Part shown: positions 8,816-18,948 of the stretch, in pieces
Layout: each line of letters opens with the position of its first letter
How positions within the stretch are numbered: the stretch's first letter is position 1
Assembly: GCA_049320885.1 (NCBI GenBank)
Contig: JBMORA010000058.1
Span: forward strand, 1 to 51,622
Length of the DNA: 51,622 bases
Reading direction: 5' to 3'
From: Thermodesulfobacteriota bacterium
GTDB lineage: Bacteria > Desulfobacterota > Desulfobacteria > Desulfobacterales > SURF-7
Translations under genes and position numbers: made by a program
The notes under the pieces: generated by a model
The model's input: only the letters and a program-made list of their open reading frames with translations
What the model was told of the DNA's origin: nothing
Databases searched by the model: none

Positions 8816-11404
8816 ATGATAACAGTTGTCTTTGACCCATCCTTCGATCAGGGCCACTGGCCCGGGGCGTTGGCCGACCGCCGGGCTGCCATCGGCGAAC
8901 TCTGGACTGGCCCTCTTGGCTTGCTGAACATTCTGGAAACCATGACTGGCCTGCGTGGCCCCGGCATGCCTCAGGCTGTGCGCGCGGCCTCCCTGGTACC
9001 GGCCCTTCGAAAAACCGAGGGCTTCTGGAGCCTCTCGGCCGGAGTCGATCCCTTTGGGACCGCTGAAAAAATATTGAGCTGGCGGGATTATCTCTACTTG
9101 CACGGCTGGCAAGGCCAGGCCTGTGCTCCCCGTTTGGCCGACCTGGCCCGGGTCGCCGTCGACGCCCTTCCCGGTGTTCCGGACCGTTTGCTGGCGACTT
9201 GCGAAACCATTTCTAAGCCCAACAATGTCATTGCCGAACTGCGCATGTTCGAGCCTTCAACCGAACTGCCGCTGATCTGGCAACGCATGATCCAAGCCCT
9301 GGAACAGACGGGCACCACGGTTACCGTCGGCGCCATTGTTCCCACCGCATCCCGCGGCGACCTTGCGGCCTGCCGGCAAGCACCTTTTTCACCGAAAGGA
9401 GACGGTTCCCTGCAACTGCTGCGGCCACTCACCCCCGGTGCCGCGGCCCAGGAAGCCGCGGCCTGGCTGTCCGGTCTCAAGGACCTCAGCCGCACCGTGA
9501 TCATCGGCCCGGACAGCACCTTGGACGCTGCCTTGCATCGTTTCGGCCTGCCCACCACCGGGGCCGGTATTCCGGTCTATGACAATTCGCTGCTGCAAAT
9601 CCTGCCCCTGGTGCTGGAAATGGCCTGGAATCCGCCGGATCCCCAGCGAGCCCTGGAACTGCTGACGCTGCCGGTCAGCCCGATCCCCAGGGGAATTGCC
9701 TTTCGACTCGTCCGGGCGCTGCAGGATTATCCGGCCGTGGGCTCCGATGCCTGGCACCAGGCCATGGATGCCGGCCTGCAGGCGGTAACCGATAGAAGCC
9801 GTCGCGATCATCTGCAAAAACGCCTGCAGTCCATCTTCACCACGGCCATCAACGGCCGGGAATTCCCGGCTGCCGAAATTCTGCGGCGGGTCGATGAAGT
9901 CCGGGCCTGGAGCCGGGGCCGGATGCAGGCGGATACGACCGCAGGGTTTGACTGGCAGCCGTTGATCGCCCAAATGGAGAACGCCCAGCGCATGGTTTCC
10001 CTGTCCGGGCTGGCGCATTTTACCGCGCCGCAGATCCGCCGCCTGATCCACGACATTACCGTCGAAAGTCAGGTCCAGTCCCTGTATGCGGATCAGGCCG
10101 GTCTGGCCCACGTGAACGCCCCGGAATGCATGGTGGGTCCGGCCGAAAATATCGTATGGTGGTCTTTTGGCCGTGATGGCGCCCCGTCTGTTTTCATCGA
10201 TCCTTTTTCCCAGCAGGAGCGGCAGGCCCTCTGCGACCTCGGCGTGCTTCTGCCCGATCCGGGTCGCCAGGCGGTGCGCAACGCCGGTCGCTGGCAACGG
10301 CCGTTGCTGCTGGCCGAAAAGCAGCTGATCCTGGTCTGTGCGGAAAACGGCGACACCAATGAAGCGCAGTTCCCCCACCCCCTGTGGGACGAAATCGTCG
10401 GCAGGATCAAGAGCCGAGAGAACAGCGCCTGCCTGCAGAAACAGGAAATCGCTTCAGCCACCAAACCCAAACTACTGGAACGGAATATTGCGCCGCTGCC
10501 CCGGCCCGAAACCCACCTGCACATCTCCCCCAGCCTGATCACCCAGCGGGAAACCGAATCGCCCAACAGCCTTTCCGCTTTGATTTCATGCCCATTCCGT
10601 TGGGTGGTCACCTATCTGGGACGGCTTTCCGGTGGCCTGTCCGCAGCCCTTTCGGCCCCCGAGGAACTGGAGGGCTGGTTCATCCACGAAATCCTGAAGC
10701 GCCTGTTGGAACGCGGCAAGCAGTCCCCTGAAGCCGAAGCCAGAACCGCCGTCGAGATTTTCGACGCGCAAGGCCCCTTTCTGGCGGCCCGGTTTTTTTT
10801 GCCGGGGCATGATGTCGTGCGGGCGCGGGTGCGCAGAAACACGGAAACCGCCGCTTCCCAGATTTTTCGGATGATTCACCAGGCCGGGTTCACCATCGCG
10901 GCGGTGGAACAAAAATACGAACAACCCGAGCCTTCCCTGGGAGTTACCCTCGAAGGCCGGCCGGACCTGGTTTTGGACAATCCCCTGGCCGTGGTGGATT
11001 TCAAGCGGGGCGGCGTGGATTTTCGAAAAGGCGAGATCACCAATGGCACCAGTGTGCAGTTGGCGGTTTACGGACGTCTGTTGCGAAAACGGAAAAACAG
11101 CCCGTTTCCACCAGCCGCCTATTTCATGCTCAAAGCCGGGCAGTTGATCACCGGCGATGCGCAGGCCTTTCCGGAAGCGGCCGCCATTGACGACGCGCCC
11201 CCTCTATCCGACACCTGGCAGGCGATCGAGACCACCTGCCAGGCAATCCGGGCTGAATTGGAGCAGGGTGACATCCCGATTTCCGGCAACCAGGAAGACG
11301 CCCCGAAGAAAAGCCACCTGACCGAAGGCCGGATATATCTGACGGCTTGCAATTACTGTGACTTGGGTGTCCTTTGCGGCAAAAAATTGGAGCTGTCTCT
11401 ATGA
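8816..11404 (+). CDS. addB: AddB-like inactive helicase + PD-(D/E)XK nuclease with Fe-S staple cysteines
   Basis: SPNSL...CPFRW, GWFIHEIL, LEGRPDL, VVDFK, QLAVY, CNYCDLGVLC; ATGA overlap with the following helicase. Confidence 0.75.
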   Translation: MITVVFDPSFDQGHWPGALADRRAAIGELWTGPLGLLNILETMTGLRGPGMPQAVRAASLVPALRKTEGFWSLSAGVDPFGTAEKILSWRDYLYLHGWQGQACAPRLADLARVAVDALPGVPDRLLATCETISKPNNVIAELRMFEPSTELPLIWQRMIQALEQTGTTVTVGAIVPTASRGDLAACRQAPFSPKGDGSLQLLRPLTPGAAAQEAAAWLSGLKDLSRTVIIGPDSTLDAALHRFGLPTTGAGIPVYDNSLLQILPLVLEMAWNPPDPQRALELLTLPVSPIPRGIAFRLVRALQDYPAVGSDAWHQAMDAGLQAVTDRSRRDHLQKRLQSIFTTAINGREFPAAEILRRVDEVRAWSRGRMQADTTAGFDWQPLIAQMENAQRMVSLSGLAHFTAPQIRRLIHDITVESQVQSLYADQAGLAHVNAPECMVGPAENIVWWSFGRDGAPSVFIDPFSQQERQALCDLGVLLPDPGRQAVRNAGRWQRPLLLAEKQLILVCAENGDTNEAQFPHPLWDEIVGRIKSRENSACLQKQEIASATKPKLLERNIAPLPRPETHLHISPSLITQRETESPNSLSALISCPFRWVVTYLGRLSGGLSAALSAPEELEGWFIHEILKRLLERGKQSPEAEARTAVEIFDAQGPFLAARFFLPGHDVVRARVRRNTETAASQIFRMIHQAGFTIAAVEQKYEQPEPSLGVTLEGRPDLVLDNPLAVVDFKRGGVDFRKGEITNGTSVQLAVYGRLLRKRKNSPFPPAAYFMLKAGQLITGDAQAFPEAAAIDDAPPLSDTWQAIETTCQAIRAELEQGDIPISGNQEDAPKKSHLTEGRIYLTACNYCDLGVLCGKKLELSL

Positions 11405-14400
11405 AAAATATTCACATCATCACCGCCAGTGCCGGCAGCGGCAAAACCTACCGCCTTTCCACCCTGCTGCATGAACGCATCGCCGCGGGCAGCGCAAGGC
11501 CGGAGGCCATCATCGCCACCACTTTCACCCGCAAGGCCGCGGCGGAACTGGCCGAACGAGTGCGCCAGCGCCTGATCGCAAACAACCTGGTGGAGGAGGC
11601 CAATCGCCTGTCCGCCGCCCGCATGGGCACCATCAATTCCGTGTGCGGCCGGCTGATCAGCGATTTCGCTTTTGAAAAAGGGTTGTTCCCCGATGCCGCG
11701 GTGTTGGACGAGGCCGCCGCCAACCGGGAACTCCGCCGGGCCATTTCCAGCGTGGTCACCCAGGACCGCACACGGCAACTGGCGGAGCTTGAAGGCCGGC
11801 TGGAAGGGTTGGACTGGTCCAAAGCGGTCAGAGACATCATCCAGCTGGCCAGAAGCAACGGTCTGAATGAAACGGATCTTGTAAAATCAAAAGAGCACAG
11901 CCGCAAAAGCATTCAGGAACTGCTCGGCCCGGCCCTGTCTGGTACCAAGGATCCGGACCGAGTTTTACAAGATGAATTGGACGCCGTCATCAAAGCTGTC
12001 GACACTAGGACCGATACCACTGATAAAACCAAAAAGACCTTGGATTTCTGCTGTAATATCCTGAACCTGCTGCGGCAGGGGCGGAAAATCAAGTGGTCGG
12101 ATTGGCGCAAACTCAGCCAACTGGATTTTGGACAAAAGTCCGCCGGGCATGCTCGGCGATTGATGGAACTCGCCGCCGCCCACGACAGCCATCCCGGCCT
12201 GAAACAGGACCTGGACGACGCCGTTTCCCTGGTGTTTGATATCGCCATTCAAACCCTGGCTGTCTACCAGCAGCACAAACGTCTATGGGGCGTGGTGGAC
12301 TTCGCCGACCAGGAATTCCTGATGCTGGACCTGCTGGACCAGCCCTATGTTATAGACCGTTTGCGGGGGAACATCGATCTGTTGCTGGTGGATGAGTTCC
12401 AGGACACCAGCCCCATAGAGCTGGCCATCCTGCTTAAACTGACGGAAGTCAGCAACGAAACGGTCTGGGTCGGCGACCAGAAGCAGGCCATCTATGGTTT
12501 CCGGGGAACGGACCCTGCCCTGATGGATGCCTGCATCGATGCCATCCTGAAAACCAGTCGTCCCGAAACCCTGGACAAGTCCTGGCGCAGCCGGCCGCCC
12601 CTGGTGGAGCTCACCTCGGAGGTCTTCAGCCGGGCATTTCAGCCCCAGGGCATTCCAGAAGCCTGGGTCCGGCTTACGCCGGCCCGTCCGGAAGATGATC
12701 CGAAACTGGGCATTCCGGCGGCCTGGTGGACAGTGGAAGCCAAAAACCAAGACCAGGACGCCGCCGCTTTGGCCGGCGGTATCCGCGACCTTCTGGCCGA
12801 TGCCGCCAACAAGGTGCGGGATACAGTCACCGGTCTTCCCCGCAGGGTAAGGCCGGGCGATATCGCCATTCTCTGCCGCACCCACAATGTTTGTCACGCA
12901 ACCGCCGCCGCCCTGGAAAGCCTCAACATCCGGGCTGTATTGCCCCAGGCCGGCTTGTTGAACACCCCGGAGATCATGGTTGTCATGGCCGGCCTGCGTC
13001 TGTGGGTGGACCGCCGGGATTCTCTGGCCGCGGCCGAACTGGCCCGGCTCCTGCATTTCCCGGCAGAGCCTGGGCAATGGCTGGAAACCTTGCTGAGGCA
13101 CCCCGGTGAACAGGCCTTTGCCCACCTGCCGGAAATCACTGCCATCCTCGAACTGTCCCAGGCCAACCCCGCCGCCGGCGTGGAGCAAAGTCTGAGCCTG
13201 GTCTGTCGCGCCCTGGATATCCGCAAGTGGTGTCTGGCCTGGGGTCATGCCGCCGAACGCTTCGCCAACCTGGATTCGCTCAAGGCCCACGCCCTGACCT
13301 ACATCGACGCCTGTTTTGCGGAAGGTATCGGCTGCACCCCGGCCGGTCTTATCGCGCACCTGAACGATTTGAACGCGGCCGGCGAAGACAGCCGGGCGCC
13401 GGTCACCGGCGACGACGCGGTCACGGTCATTACCTGGCATGCCTGCAAAGGCCTTGAATGGCCCATCACCGTCCTGAACCAGATCGGCAAGACCTTTGAC
13501 CCTAACCCCCTGGGCGTCCAGGTGATCAACGACTGGCAGACCTTCACTCTTCAGGATCCCCTGGCCAACCGGCTGCTGCGCTACTGGTTTTCCCCCTACC
13601 ATGAACGGACCAAACATTCGTCCTTTCACGAACGGCTGCAAAACCATACCACCATGGCGGAGATCACCCGTCAGCACATGCGCCAGGAGTTGCGCCTGCT
13701 TTACGTGGGCTGGACCCGTGCCAGGGATCGCCTGGTCCTGGCCGGTCGTCAAAAGGAGTTTGCCGACGGCATCCTGGGGCTGCTTAAGGACGATCAAGGC
13801 AGGTGGCTGCTGTCCGTACCCGAGCAAAACAAAGCCATATGGTCCGGAAAAGAAACCCCTGTTCAAACCCGCATCCTGACGCCGGTCGCGTCCGAACCCC
13901 GCGCCAGCGCCCCGGGATTTGACTATCCGGATATCCCTCCCAAAGAACATCCTCCGGCCAGGATAGCGCCATCAGCCGTGACCGGCGAGGGGCGGGTCGT
14001 ATCCCTGGAGAAAATCGGTGACCGTTTGCTTTTGTCCGGCGATGCGGATATGACGGCCGTGGGGGAAGCCATGCACACCTTCTATGCCGCTGATCGTCCG
14101 GGCCTTGACACCAAAGACCGCCTGCGACTGGCAACCGATATCCTCCGCCGCTGGCAGGTGGCGGTTTGTGTAAAACCGGAACAATTGGTGCAATCCGCTG
14201 AAACCCTCAACGCCTGGGTCGAACGGAAATTCCCCAACGCTGACCTGAAAAAAGAAGTGCCCATGCTCCATAAATTGGACAATGGCACCATCGTGTCCGG
14301 TTTTATCGATCTGCTTCTGGAAATGCCGGCACAATGGATCATTATCGACCACAAAGCCTTTCCCGGCAGCCAGGCGGAAATCCGGGAGCGCTCAGCGGAA

Positions 14401-14511
14401 TATTTCGGGCAACTGGCCGCCTACGAAAACTGCCTCAAAGCGAAAAACCCGAAGCCGGTAGTAAAAATTTTGCACTATCCGGTGTCGGGTTTTTTGGCCG
14501 AGGTGAAATGA
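11401..14511 (+). CDS. addA: AddA/RecB-like UvrD helicase-nuclease
   Basis: ASAGSGKT, TFTRKAAAEL, VDEFQDT, VGDQKQAIYGFRG, TWHACKGLEW, LLYVGWTRAR, C-terminal GFIDLL..IIDHK..QLAAY. Confidence 0.85.
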   Translation: MKNIHIITASAGSGKTYRLSTLLHERIAAGSARPEAIIATTFTRKAAAELAERVRQRLIANNLVEEANRLSAARMGTINSVCGRLISDFAFEKGLFPDAAVLDEAAANRELRRAISSVVTQDRTRQLAELEGRLEGLDWSKAVRDIIQLARSNGLNETDLVKSKEHSRKSIQELLGPALSGTKDPDRVLQDELDAVIKAVDTRTDTTDKTKKTLDFCCNILNLLRQGRKIKWSDWRKLSQLDFGQKSAGHARRLMELAAAHDSHPGLKQDLDDAVSLVFDIAIQTLAVYQQHKRLWGVVDFADQEFLMLDLLDQPYVIDRLRGNIDLLLVDEFQDTSPIELAILLKLTEVSNETVWVGDQKQAIYGFRGTDPALMDACIDAILKTSRPETLDKSWRSRPPLVELTSEVFSRAFQPQGIPEAWVRLTPARPEDDPKLGIPAAWWTVEAKNQDQDAAALAGGIRDLLADAANKVRDTVTGLPRRVRPGDIAILCRTHNVCHATAAALESLNIRAVLPQAGLLNTPEIMVVMAGLRLWVDRRDSLAAAELARLLHFPAEPGQWLETLLRHPGEQAFAHLPEITAILELSQANPAAGVEQSLSLVCRALDIRKWCLAWGHAAERFANLDSLKAHALTYIDACFAEGIGCTPAGLIAHLNDLNAAGEDSRAPVTGDDAVTVITWHACKGLEWPITVLNQIGKTFDPNPLGVQVINDWQTFTLQDPLANRLLRYWFSPYHERTKHSSFHERLQNHTTMAEITRQHMRQELRLLYVGWTRARDRLVLAGRQKEFADGILGLLKDDQGRWLLSVPEQNKAIWSGKETPVQTRILTPVASEPRASAPGFDYPDIPPKEHPPARIAPSAVTGEGRVVSLEKIGDRLLLSGDADMTAVGEAMHTFYAADRPGLDTKDRLRLATDILRRWQVAVCVKPEQLVQSAETLNAWVERKFPNADLKKEVPMLHKLDNGTIVSGFIDLLLEMPAQWIIIDHKAFPGSQAEIRERSAEYFGQLAAYENCLKAKNPKPVVKILHYPVSGFLAEVK

Positions 14512-14541
14512 GATGGTTCGTCACATAATCGTCAGCGTTGG

Positions 14542-15555
14542 TCAGGACGCATACAGGCCCAGCATGGCGCGCAGTTTCCCAGCCATCTGATTTTTCAAGT
14601 CCACTGGTTCGAGGATTCTGGCTTTTTCTTTCAAGGATAAAACCCAGCTCAGCACTTCGTCGGGTGATGAGGCATCGAATTCCAGATGAACCTTGCCGTC
14701 CGGCAATTTCGTCAACTGCTGGTTTGCGCTGTAGATGCGTTCCGCCACATAGCCGGCCGCCCAATCCCATACCTCAAGTTTGACCCGGAAAACCTTGTCC
14801 TTGATTACGCCGAATGACTGGGTGAATTGTTTTTCAAAACTGTAATCCTTGGGGATCTCAAAGGTGGCGGGGAGGATGGTTGCCTTTTTAAAACGATGCA
14901 GGGGCAGTACCGGAAAGAAGGTATCGCCTCGTTTTCGAACGCCTTTTTTATCAGACCGGCAGGCATGCACATACACGGTGTCCTTATGGGAGAAAATTTT
15001 AAGTGGCATGATGCAATACGTGGATGGCTCGGCCGTGGCAATGCTCTGATAAGTGATTTCGCAAACGCGCTTTTTCCCGATGGCTTCGAGCAGGGATTTT
15101 AGGGTTTCCTGATGGTGGGTATAGTCGATGCTGCCTGGATTGAAACAGGCGAATTCTCCTCCCGGAGGCCCCGAAGCGTCATTGGGAAGCAACATCTGGG
15201 TTTTCAGCAGGCCATTGGATGCCTCCTCGAGCTGTTCTTCCCCCAATAGATGACTGGTGAATGTTTTGCACATTTCAAGAATGGTCAGTTCATTTATGGA
15301 TAGTGGGAGGGGTTTCAACTCTCTGGGCCGGATCATTCTGAAATATTTTTGCCGACTTTTCTTGTTTTCAACAATGCAATCCCCGAAGGTCATCCGGATG
15401 TTATCAAAAAGTCTGCTGACCGTTGATTTTTCGCATTCCAATTCCTCCGCCAGTTCCGTCAAGGACAATTCACGACGAGCCGACATCAGTCGAAAGAGAA
15501 TTTTGAAAATTTTTTGCTCGTAGGTATAGCCTAATGAATCTGATTTTTTTTTCAT
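14542..15555 (-). CDS. wHTH-WYL-WCX transcriptional regulator (BrxR/CapW/PafBC-like)
   Basis: N-terminal LTELAEELECEKSTVSR HTH; LLEAIGKKRVCEITYQS..IMPLKI..VYVHA WYL domain; C-terminal SWVLSL..ARILEPVDLK. Confidence 0.9.
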   Translation of the reverse strand: MKKKSDSLGYTYEQKIFKILFRLMSARRELSLTELAEELECEKSTVSRLFDNIRMTFGDCIVENKKSRQKYFRMIRPRELKPLPLSINELTILEMCKTFTSHLLGEEQLEEASNGLLKTQMLLPNDASGPPGGEFACFNPGSIDYTHHQETLKSLLEAIGKKRVCEITYQSIATAEPSTYCIMPLKIFSHKDTVYVHACRSDKKGVRKRGDTFFPVLPLHRFKKATILPATFEIPKDYSFEKQFTQSFGVIKDKVFRVKLEVWDWAAGYVAERIYSANQQLTKLPDGKVHLEFDASSPDEVLSWVLSLKEKARILEPVDLKNQMAGKLRAMLGLYAS

Positions 15556-15574
15556 ATGCCTCCAAAAAATGTTT

Positions 15575-15599
15575 TATCGTTGCGTGATATGCAACGATA
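15575..15599. promoter_or_regulatory. Inverted-repeat operator between the WYL gene and the AAA+ operon
   Basis: TATCGTTGC-N7-GCAACGATA, perfect 9-bp arms, in the about 100 bp divergent intergenic region. Confidence 0.7.
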
Positions 15600-15656
15600 G
15601 CCTGTTATACTCCGTATTGTCAATAACAAATATTTCAGGAAAAAGGAGGTTACACC

Positions 15657-17873
15657 ATGCCCATGCGTTATCGGTCTCGTAGAATAGTCCGGAAAATACC
15701 CCTTGAAAAGTGGGCTCTCGCTCCGGATGAAAATGAACGGTTTGTGCAGCACCATTTTTGTCGGTACCTGATCAATCTGGCCGAAAGCGCCAATCCCATG
15801 GACAGCGAATTTCTGGAAACAGCTCTGGATATATTGGGAGGCGAGGCGACATCCCTGCCGCGGAAATTCGAGGAACTCCTGCGTCCCGGCCTGAAAAAGC
15901 GTTTTTTGGCAGATATGGAGGAAGCGGCAGGTGACATGGAGGAAACCGCGGCAGCCATTTATTATGGTTTTGTTCATTCAACACACCGAATCCAAAAGGA
16001 ATTCAACGCTCTGGTGATCCAAGTGTTGCTCAAGAGATGGAAGCGGCTTTCCGCTGGTCCTGTTTCCCAATTTAAAAAAAACATTGAGTGGCTCGCCAAG
16101 ATGATGCGGCTGGAAGACCTGGAAAAGGAACTGCTGGTTTTTCTGGTGATCTTGTCCTTTTCGGAAAGGGCCGAAGCATATTTCGTTGACCATCTGAAGT
16201 GCCAAAGTTTTACCAAGCGCGGGCTGTTGGGTTCGGTATTGGGGATACCCAAAATCCAGGTAGAATCTCTTTTGAATGGACGAGTCAGCCAAGTCGGAAT
16301 AATCGATAGCGATGCCGGGGTCCTCAGCCTCTCCGCAGTGTTCCGGAAACTGATCGAAAACCCAAATGCCGATGCCATGGCGGACATGCTGTATGGTTCA
16401 CTGAAAGGTGAAGCCTTGCCCATTTCGACACACCTGGTGAACCGGAAAGACCTGGATTATGTTTTGCGATTGTTGAAATCACCGGTCCGTTCCGCTACCC
16501 ATATTTTATTGTATGGTGAACCAGGTACGGGTAAAACCTGTTTCGCCAATTCCCTGGCCAAGGATACGAATGCCGTCGCCTATGAGATTTTGCACTCCAC
16601 GGACAATGAAGGCGACAAAAGGCGGTTGGCGATCACTGCTTGTATGAACATGCTGGATGCCAATCCCGATGCCTTGATCATCGTCGACGAGGCGGATAAT
16701 CTGCTGAATACCGCCGGCGCGTGGATGCATCGTGGAGAAACCCAGGACAAAGGCTGGCTCAACCGCTTATTGGAGTCCCCGGGCCCCCGTTTCATTTGGA
16801 TTGTCAACGGCATCGGAGGGATCGACCCATCCGTCCTGAGACGTTTTGCGTACAGCATTCCGTTCCATCCCTTTGGCAAGCAGGAGCGCCTCCGTGCGAT
16901 GGACTCGGTATTGCGTAAGAACAGGGTGTCCCGGATGCTTAGCAAGGAACAGGTGTCGGAACTGGCCGGGAGATATCCGGTAAGCGCAGGTCCCATGGAC
17001 ATTGCAGTCAAAAAGGCCCAACAGATCAAGGCCGCCCGGGGTGAGGGGTTTTTCGAGGCGGTGGAAACTTCGCTATGTGCCTATGAACGCTTGATAAATG
17101 GTGGCCATCCTCCAGTCAAGACCGGCATAATGGATAAATCCTATGATTTATCCGGTCTGAATATCAAGGGTGATGTTCAGCAGCTCCTGCGCCGGCTGGA
17201 AAAATGGGCGGCCGATTGCCAGGCAGGCATTGATTGTCAGGGAGCCAGATTGCTGTTCTACGGTCCTCCCGGCACGGGCAAGAGCGAGACCGCCCGGTTT
17301 CTGGCCGCTCATCTGAACCGGGAATTGCTGGTCAAGAATGCCAGCGATATCCAGGATAAATTTATCGGGGAAACGGAAAAAAACATCCGGGACGCTTTTG
17401 CGCAGGCATACCGGGAAAACGCCGTGCTCGTTTTCGACGAAGCGGATACGTTTCTGTTCCCCAGAGCCAGTGCCGAGCGATCGTGGGAGATCAGCTGCAC
17501 CAACGAATTTCTTGCCCGGATGGAACGTTTCACCGGCCTGCTGATTTGCACGACCAACCGCTTCACGGATATGGATGAAGCTGCCGTGCGACGGTTCACG
17601 CACAAGCTGGGATTTGATTATCTGAAACCGCAGGCATCGGCGGATTTCTATGAGCGTTTACTGAGCCCCCTTGCCGGCTGCAAGCCTTCCGCGGCGATTC
17701 TGGACCAGGTGCGGCGGCTGCAACTGCTCACTCCGGGGGATTTCGCTGTGGTCCGGGACCAGTTCCGGTTCTTTCCGGTGGCGGAGGTCACCCATGCCGC
17801 CATGTTGTCGGCATTGCAGCAGGAGGTTGACGCCAAGAAACGTCACAACGGTTCCCGGGCCATCGGCTTTTGA
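15657..17873 (+). CDS. Double-domain AAA+ ATPase (SpoVK/Vps4/CDC48-like)
   Basis: GEPGTGKT / IIVDEAD / DPSVLRRF and GPPGTGKS / LVFDEAD / DEAAVRRF; ends RAIGF. Confidence 0.9.
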   Translation: MPMRYRSRRIVRKIPLEKWALAPDENERFVQHHFCRYLINLAESANPMDSEFLETALDILGGEATSLPRKFEELLRPGLKKRFLADMEEAAGDMEETAAAIYYGFVHSTHRIQKEFNALVIQVLLKRWKRLSAGPVSQFKKNIEWLAKMMRLEDLEKELLVFLVILSFSERAEAYFVDHLKCQSFTKRGLLGSVLGIPKIQVESLLNGRVSQVGIIDSDAGVLSLSAVFRKLIENPNADAMADMLYGSLKGEALPISTHLVNRKDLDYVLRLLKSPVRSATHILLYGEPGTGKTCFANSLAKDTNAVAYEILHSTDNEGDKRRLAITACMNMLDANPDALIIVDEADNLLNTAGAWMHRGETQDKGWLNRLLESPGPRFIWIVNGIGGIDPSVLRRFAYSIPFHPFGKQERLRAMDSVLRKNRVSRMLSKEQVSELAGRYPVSAGPMDIAVKKAQQIKAARGEGFFEAVETSLCAYERLINGGHPPVKTGIMDKSYDLSGLNIKGDVQQLLRRLEKWAADCQAGIDCQGARLLFYGPPGTGKSETARFLAAHLNRELLVKNASDIQDKFIGETEKNIRDAFAQAYRENAVLVFDEADTFLFPRASAERSWEISCTNEFLARMERFTGLLICTTNRFTDMDEAAVRRFTHKLGFDYLKPQASADFYERLLSPLAGCKPSAAILDQVRRLQLLTPGDFAVVRDQFRFFPVAEVTHAAMLSALQQEVDAKKRHNGSRAIGF

Positions 17874-18005
17874 CAGGGCGGCCGCGGTTGTTTCCGGCCG
17901 GTGGGAAACGCAGCACGGGTTGTGGCCGCCGTCCGGAAAACCGGGCCGTTGTATGGGAATAACCACTGCTCACGGAACAGGAGCACAGCAAAGAGGAGAA
18001 TTGAG

Positions 18006-18869
18006 ATGTCAAGACACCCGAAACTGCCGGCGGCCGGAAAGGTGGAGCTGGTGAAATTGGTTCCCCTGCCGGCGCTCGGAGTCGACCCGGCGATGATGAT
18101 CCAGCGGGTGGGCGAAACGGTCACCGGAAATCCGCTGGAAGCCTGTTTTGTGGGCGCCGGCACGGAAGGAGCCCGGCTGGCCGGCCGCCTTGCCGCCGTG
18201 CAATCCCTCGGTCGCGACCCGTCGGCGGCGATGGCAATCGATCTGGCCACCGGGGCCGATCCGCTGATGGGGGCGCTTGCGTCCTGCCATCTCGTGTTCA
18301 TCGCCGGCGATGCGCCGGACCCGGCGTTCATGGCGCTGCGCGAAGCGCTGCTGAAAAGCGTTTCTCATTCCAGGACCGGCAGACCCCGGCTGATCGTCAC
18401 GATCCTCCGGGAGACCACCGGGTATTCCATGGAGAGTGTGAAGCCCGGTCCCGGGGAATGCGTCGTGACCCGGGCTCACGGCGATGACCCGTTGCCCCTG
18501 ATTCTGGATATCTACAGTGCGCTGAAACTACAGGGAATTATATGCGTGGATCTGGCGGATGTAGAGCTTATGACCGCCGGGAAAAAAGGGATCATGGCGG
18601 TTGTCCGCGGAGCCACGCCGGAGCGCATTGTCGAAGGGATAGGGCAAGACCGACGGATTCGGGCGGCGCTTTCCGATGCCCGGACGGCGTTCGCTGTTTT
18701 TTCCATGGACATCGACACCTGTGTCACGCTGGAACAGGTGTCCGACATGGGTGACGCTTTGAGGCTGATGCCCGGCGCTCCTCCGGATCTCCTTGATTTG
18801 TGTCTGGCCGCCGACGTGATTCGGACCGTTCCGGAGGGCTTCCGGGCCGCCATGATCATTTGTGGATGA
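18006..18869 (+). CDS. Degenerate FtsZ/tubulin-like protein lacking the GGGTG(S/T)G loop
   Basis: Colinear FtsZ-like segments: FVGAGTEG, CHLVFIAG, QGIICVDLADV (cf. PGLINVDFADV), ALSDARTAFAVFS, VTLEQV, FRAAMIICG; RBS GAGGAG before ATG 18006. Confidence 0.65.
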   Translation: MSRHPKLPAAGKVELVKLVPLPALGVDPAMMIQRVGETVTGNPLEACFVGAGTEGARLAGRLAAVQSLGRDPSAAMAIDLATGADPLMGALASCHLVFIAGDAPDPAFMALREALLKSVSHSRTGRPRLIVTILRETTGYSMESVKPGPGECVVTRAHGDDPLPLILDIYSALKLQGIICVDLADVELMTAGKKGIMAVVRGATPERIVEGIGQDRRIRAALSDARTAFAVFSMDIDTCVTLEQVSDMGDALRLMPGAPPDLLDLCLAADVIRTVPEGFRAAMIICG

Positions 18870-18948
18870 AACGTTTCAGGAAACGGCTGCGCCGGCGCCC
18901 GACGGGGCGTTCCAATGCAGCCGGATTCTATGAAAGGGGGTTGTTGTT

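Noticed and set aside
12283..13950. Long antisense ORFs (also 7242-8387, 23507-24781, 38379-39485, 45964-47175)
   Set aside because: Shadow frames of GC-rich genes with clear family motifs on the other strand.
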